From Vicinamibacteria bacterium (GTDB taxonomy: Bacteria > Acidobacteriota > Vicinamibacteria > Vicinamibacterales > JAENWD01), in contig CAWBBN010000015.1 of the NCBI GenBank assembly GCA_963787035.1, positions 430,306 to 494,305 on the forward strand: a DNA stretch of 64,000 nt. The letters run 5' to 3'. Positions within the stretch are counted from its first letter, which is position 1. Each line of letters opens with the position of its first letter. The notes under the pieces were generated by a model. It ran no database searches. It saw only the letters and a list, made by a program, of their open reading frames with translations, and was not told the origin of the DNA. Both the position numbers and the translations under genes were made by a program. Below, piece by piece: positions 62,930-64,000 of this stretch.

Positions 62930-64000
62930 TCACAGGGCCGCCGCGCGTTCACGGCGCCGGGTCTCGGCCGACGCCAGGGCGTCGCGGCGTGCTGTCAGCC
63001 ACGCGTGATCGCGATCCATCAGCCCTTGAGACGCCGCGAGCGCGCGGGCGGTCTCCTCGGGCGCAGGCCCGCCCAGCGTGCGGCGCACTTCCACGAAATA
63101 CCGCGGGCTGAGGATCCGCCGCAGGTCCTCCTTCGTGTACGGCAACGGACGCCCGAGCGTCTGGAAGCACACGGCCGCGAGCACCGATGCCAGTTCGGCC
63201 TGCGGGTTCTCCGCCTGCGACTTGAGCGCCTTCACGGCGATGGTGTGCGCCGTCTTGAACGGCACGTCGTGCTCGCGCGCCAGCGTGTCGGCAAGCTCGG
63301 TGGACGTCGTGCCGCCTTCACCCGCGCGCGCCTCGAGCCGCTCGGCATCGAACTCTGCCGTCTGGATCGCGGCCGCGACCAGCCGGAACGCGCGCACCGC
63401 GTCGCGGAACATCGACGACACGAGCGGCTGCAGGTCGTCCTCCGTGTCGACGATGTCGCCGAAGGGCGTGTTGTGGACGGCCGTGACAATCGCCTGCGCC
63501 TGGCCAAGCGCCTTGCTGCCGATCGCGCGCGCGTGCTCGATCGCGACGGGGTTGCGCTTCTGCGGCATGATGCTGCTCGCCTGCACGAAGCCGTCGCCGA
63601 AGCGCACATAGCCGAACTCCTGCATGCCCCAGAGCAGCAGGTCCTGCACGAAGCGTCCGAGGCCCGTGAGCGCGACGATCGTCGCCGACACGCTCTCGAG
63701 CAGGTAATCCACCGTCGCGATGCTGCCGTAGGTGTTGCCGCTCGGGCCGTCGAACCCGAGCAGGTCGCTCGTCAGCTGCCGGTCGATCGGAAAGCCGGTG
63801 CCGGTGATCGCGCACGCGCCCAGCGGATTCCGGTTCGTCGTCTCGTAGGCCGCCGCCAGGCGCCCCGCGTCGCGCTCGAGCTGCTCGATCACCGCGAGCA
63901 GGTAGTGCGCGACCGTCGTCGGCTGCGCCGGCTGCGTGTGCGTGTGCACCGCCATCACCGTCTCGCGATGCTTCTCCGCGAGATCGAGCAGGCCGTCGCG
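62930..64000 (-). CDS. argH: Argininosuccinate lyase (C-terminal ~345 aa; N-terminus beyond the window end)
   Basis: …GSSIMPQKRNP… fumarate-lyase signature. The ORF is open to 64000. Confidence 0.85.
   Translation of the reverse strand, partial: RDGLLDLAEKHRETVMAVHTHTQPAQPTTVAHYLLAVIEQLERDAGRLAAAYETTNRNPLGACAITGTGFPIDRQLTSDLLGFDGPSGNTYGSIATVDYLLESVSATIVALTGLGRFVQDLLLWGMQEFGYVRFGDGFVQASSIMPQKRNPVAIEHARAIGSKALGQAQAIVTAVHNTPFGDIVDTEDDLQPLVSSMFRDAVRAFRLVAAAIQTAEFDAERLEARAGEGGTTSTELADTLAREHDVPFKTAHTIAVKALKSQAENPQAELASVLAAVCFQTLGRPLPYTKEDLRRILSPRYFVEVRRTLGGPAPEETARALAASQGLMDRDHAWLTARRDALASAETRRRERAAAL

Noticed and set aside
1-64000. Prophage, integron or transposon content; tRNA/rRNA genes
   Set aside because: No integrase, transposase, phage structural or toxin-antitoxin signatures were recognised in any ORF. 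No cloverleaf-like tRNA or rRNA segments were seen by eye, but this was not an exhaustive scan.

Overview
This is a high-GC (roughly 70%) bacterial chromosomal segment that looks like core metabolism and envelope genes from an Acidobacteria-like organism, not a mobile island. The Acidobacteria call rests on three family markers. First, a PadR regulator sits directly upstream of a long FtsX/MacB 'duplicated orphan permease' (ADOP). Second, there is a CarboxypepD_reg + VWA + conserved C-terminal domain protein of the 'VWFA-related acidobacterial' type. Third, there is a ~900-aa PIG-L/LmbE deacetylase. Recognisable content includes the following. A compact histidine operon (hisI-G-D-C-B-H-F-A). 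purEK, modABC and argH (partial). A TetR-HlyD-ABC-TolC-ABC-ABC2-ABC2 efflux operon. Three tandem amidohydrolases. A PLP-dependent aromatic amino-acid decarboxylase. SixA, RmuC, RidA, Ada, a MerR regulator and a TerC/SSS transporter pair. A sigma-54 enhancer-binding protein divergent from a flotillin/DUF4097 pair that is preceded by a -24/-12-like promoter. A BlaI/BlaR1-like repressor/sensor pair whose M56-peptidase sensor carries a ~600-aa C-terminal extension, built from alternating 'SDYDLA'/'SxYDxGRV' repeats, where BlaR1 normally has its penicillin-binding domain. I could not see tRNA or rRNA genes, a CRISPR array, an integrase or a transposase. Intergenic space is unusually rich in repeats. 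These include two related families of GC-rich hairpin (REP-like) elements, two long 'CACAGAG'-armed palindromic elements upstream of the his and purEK operons, and many short 6-8-mer tandem arrays at gene boundaries. About 20 conserved genes, including hisG, hisC, modA and rmuC, show apparent ±1 frame switches. Indel errors in the assembly explain this better than real pseudogenes, so all gene ends given for those loci are approximate.
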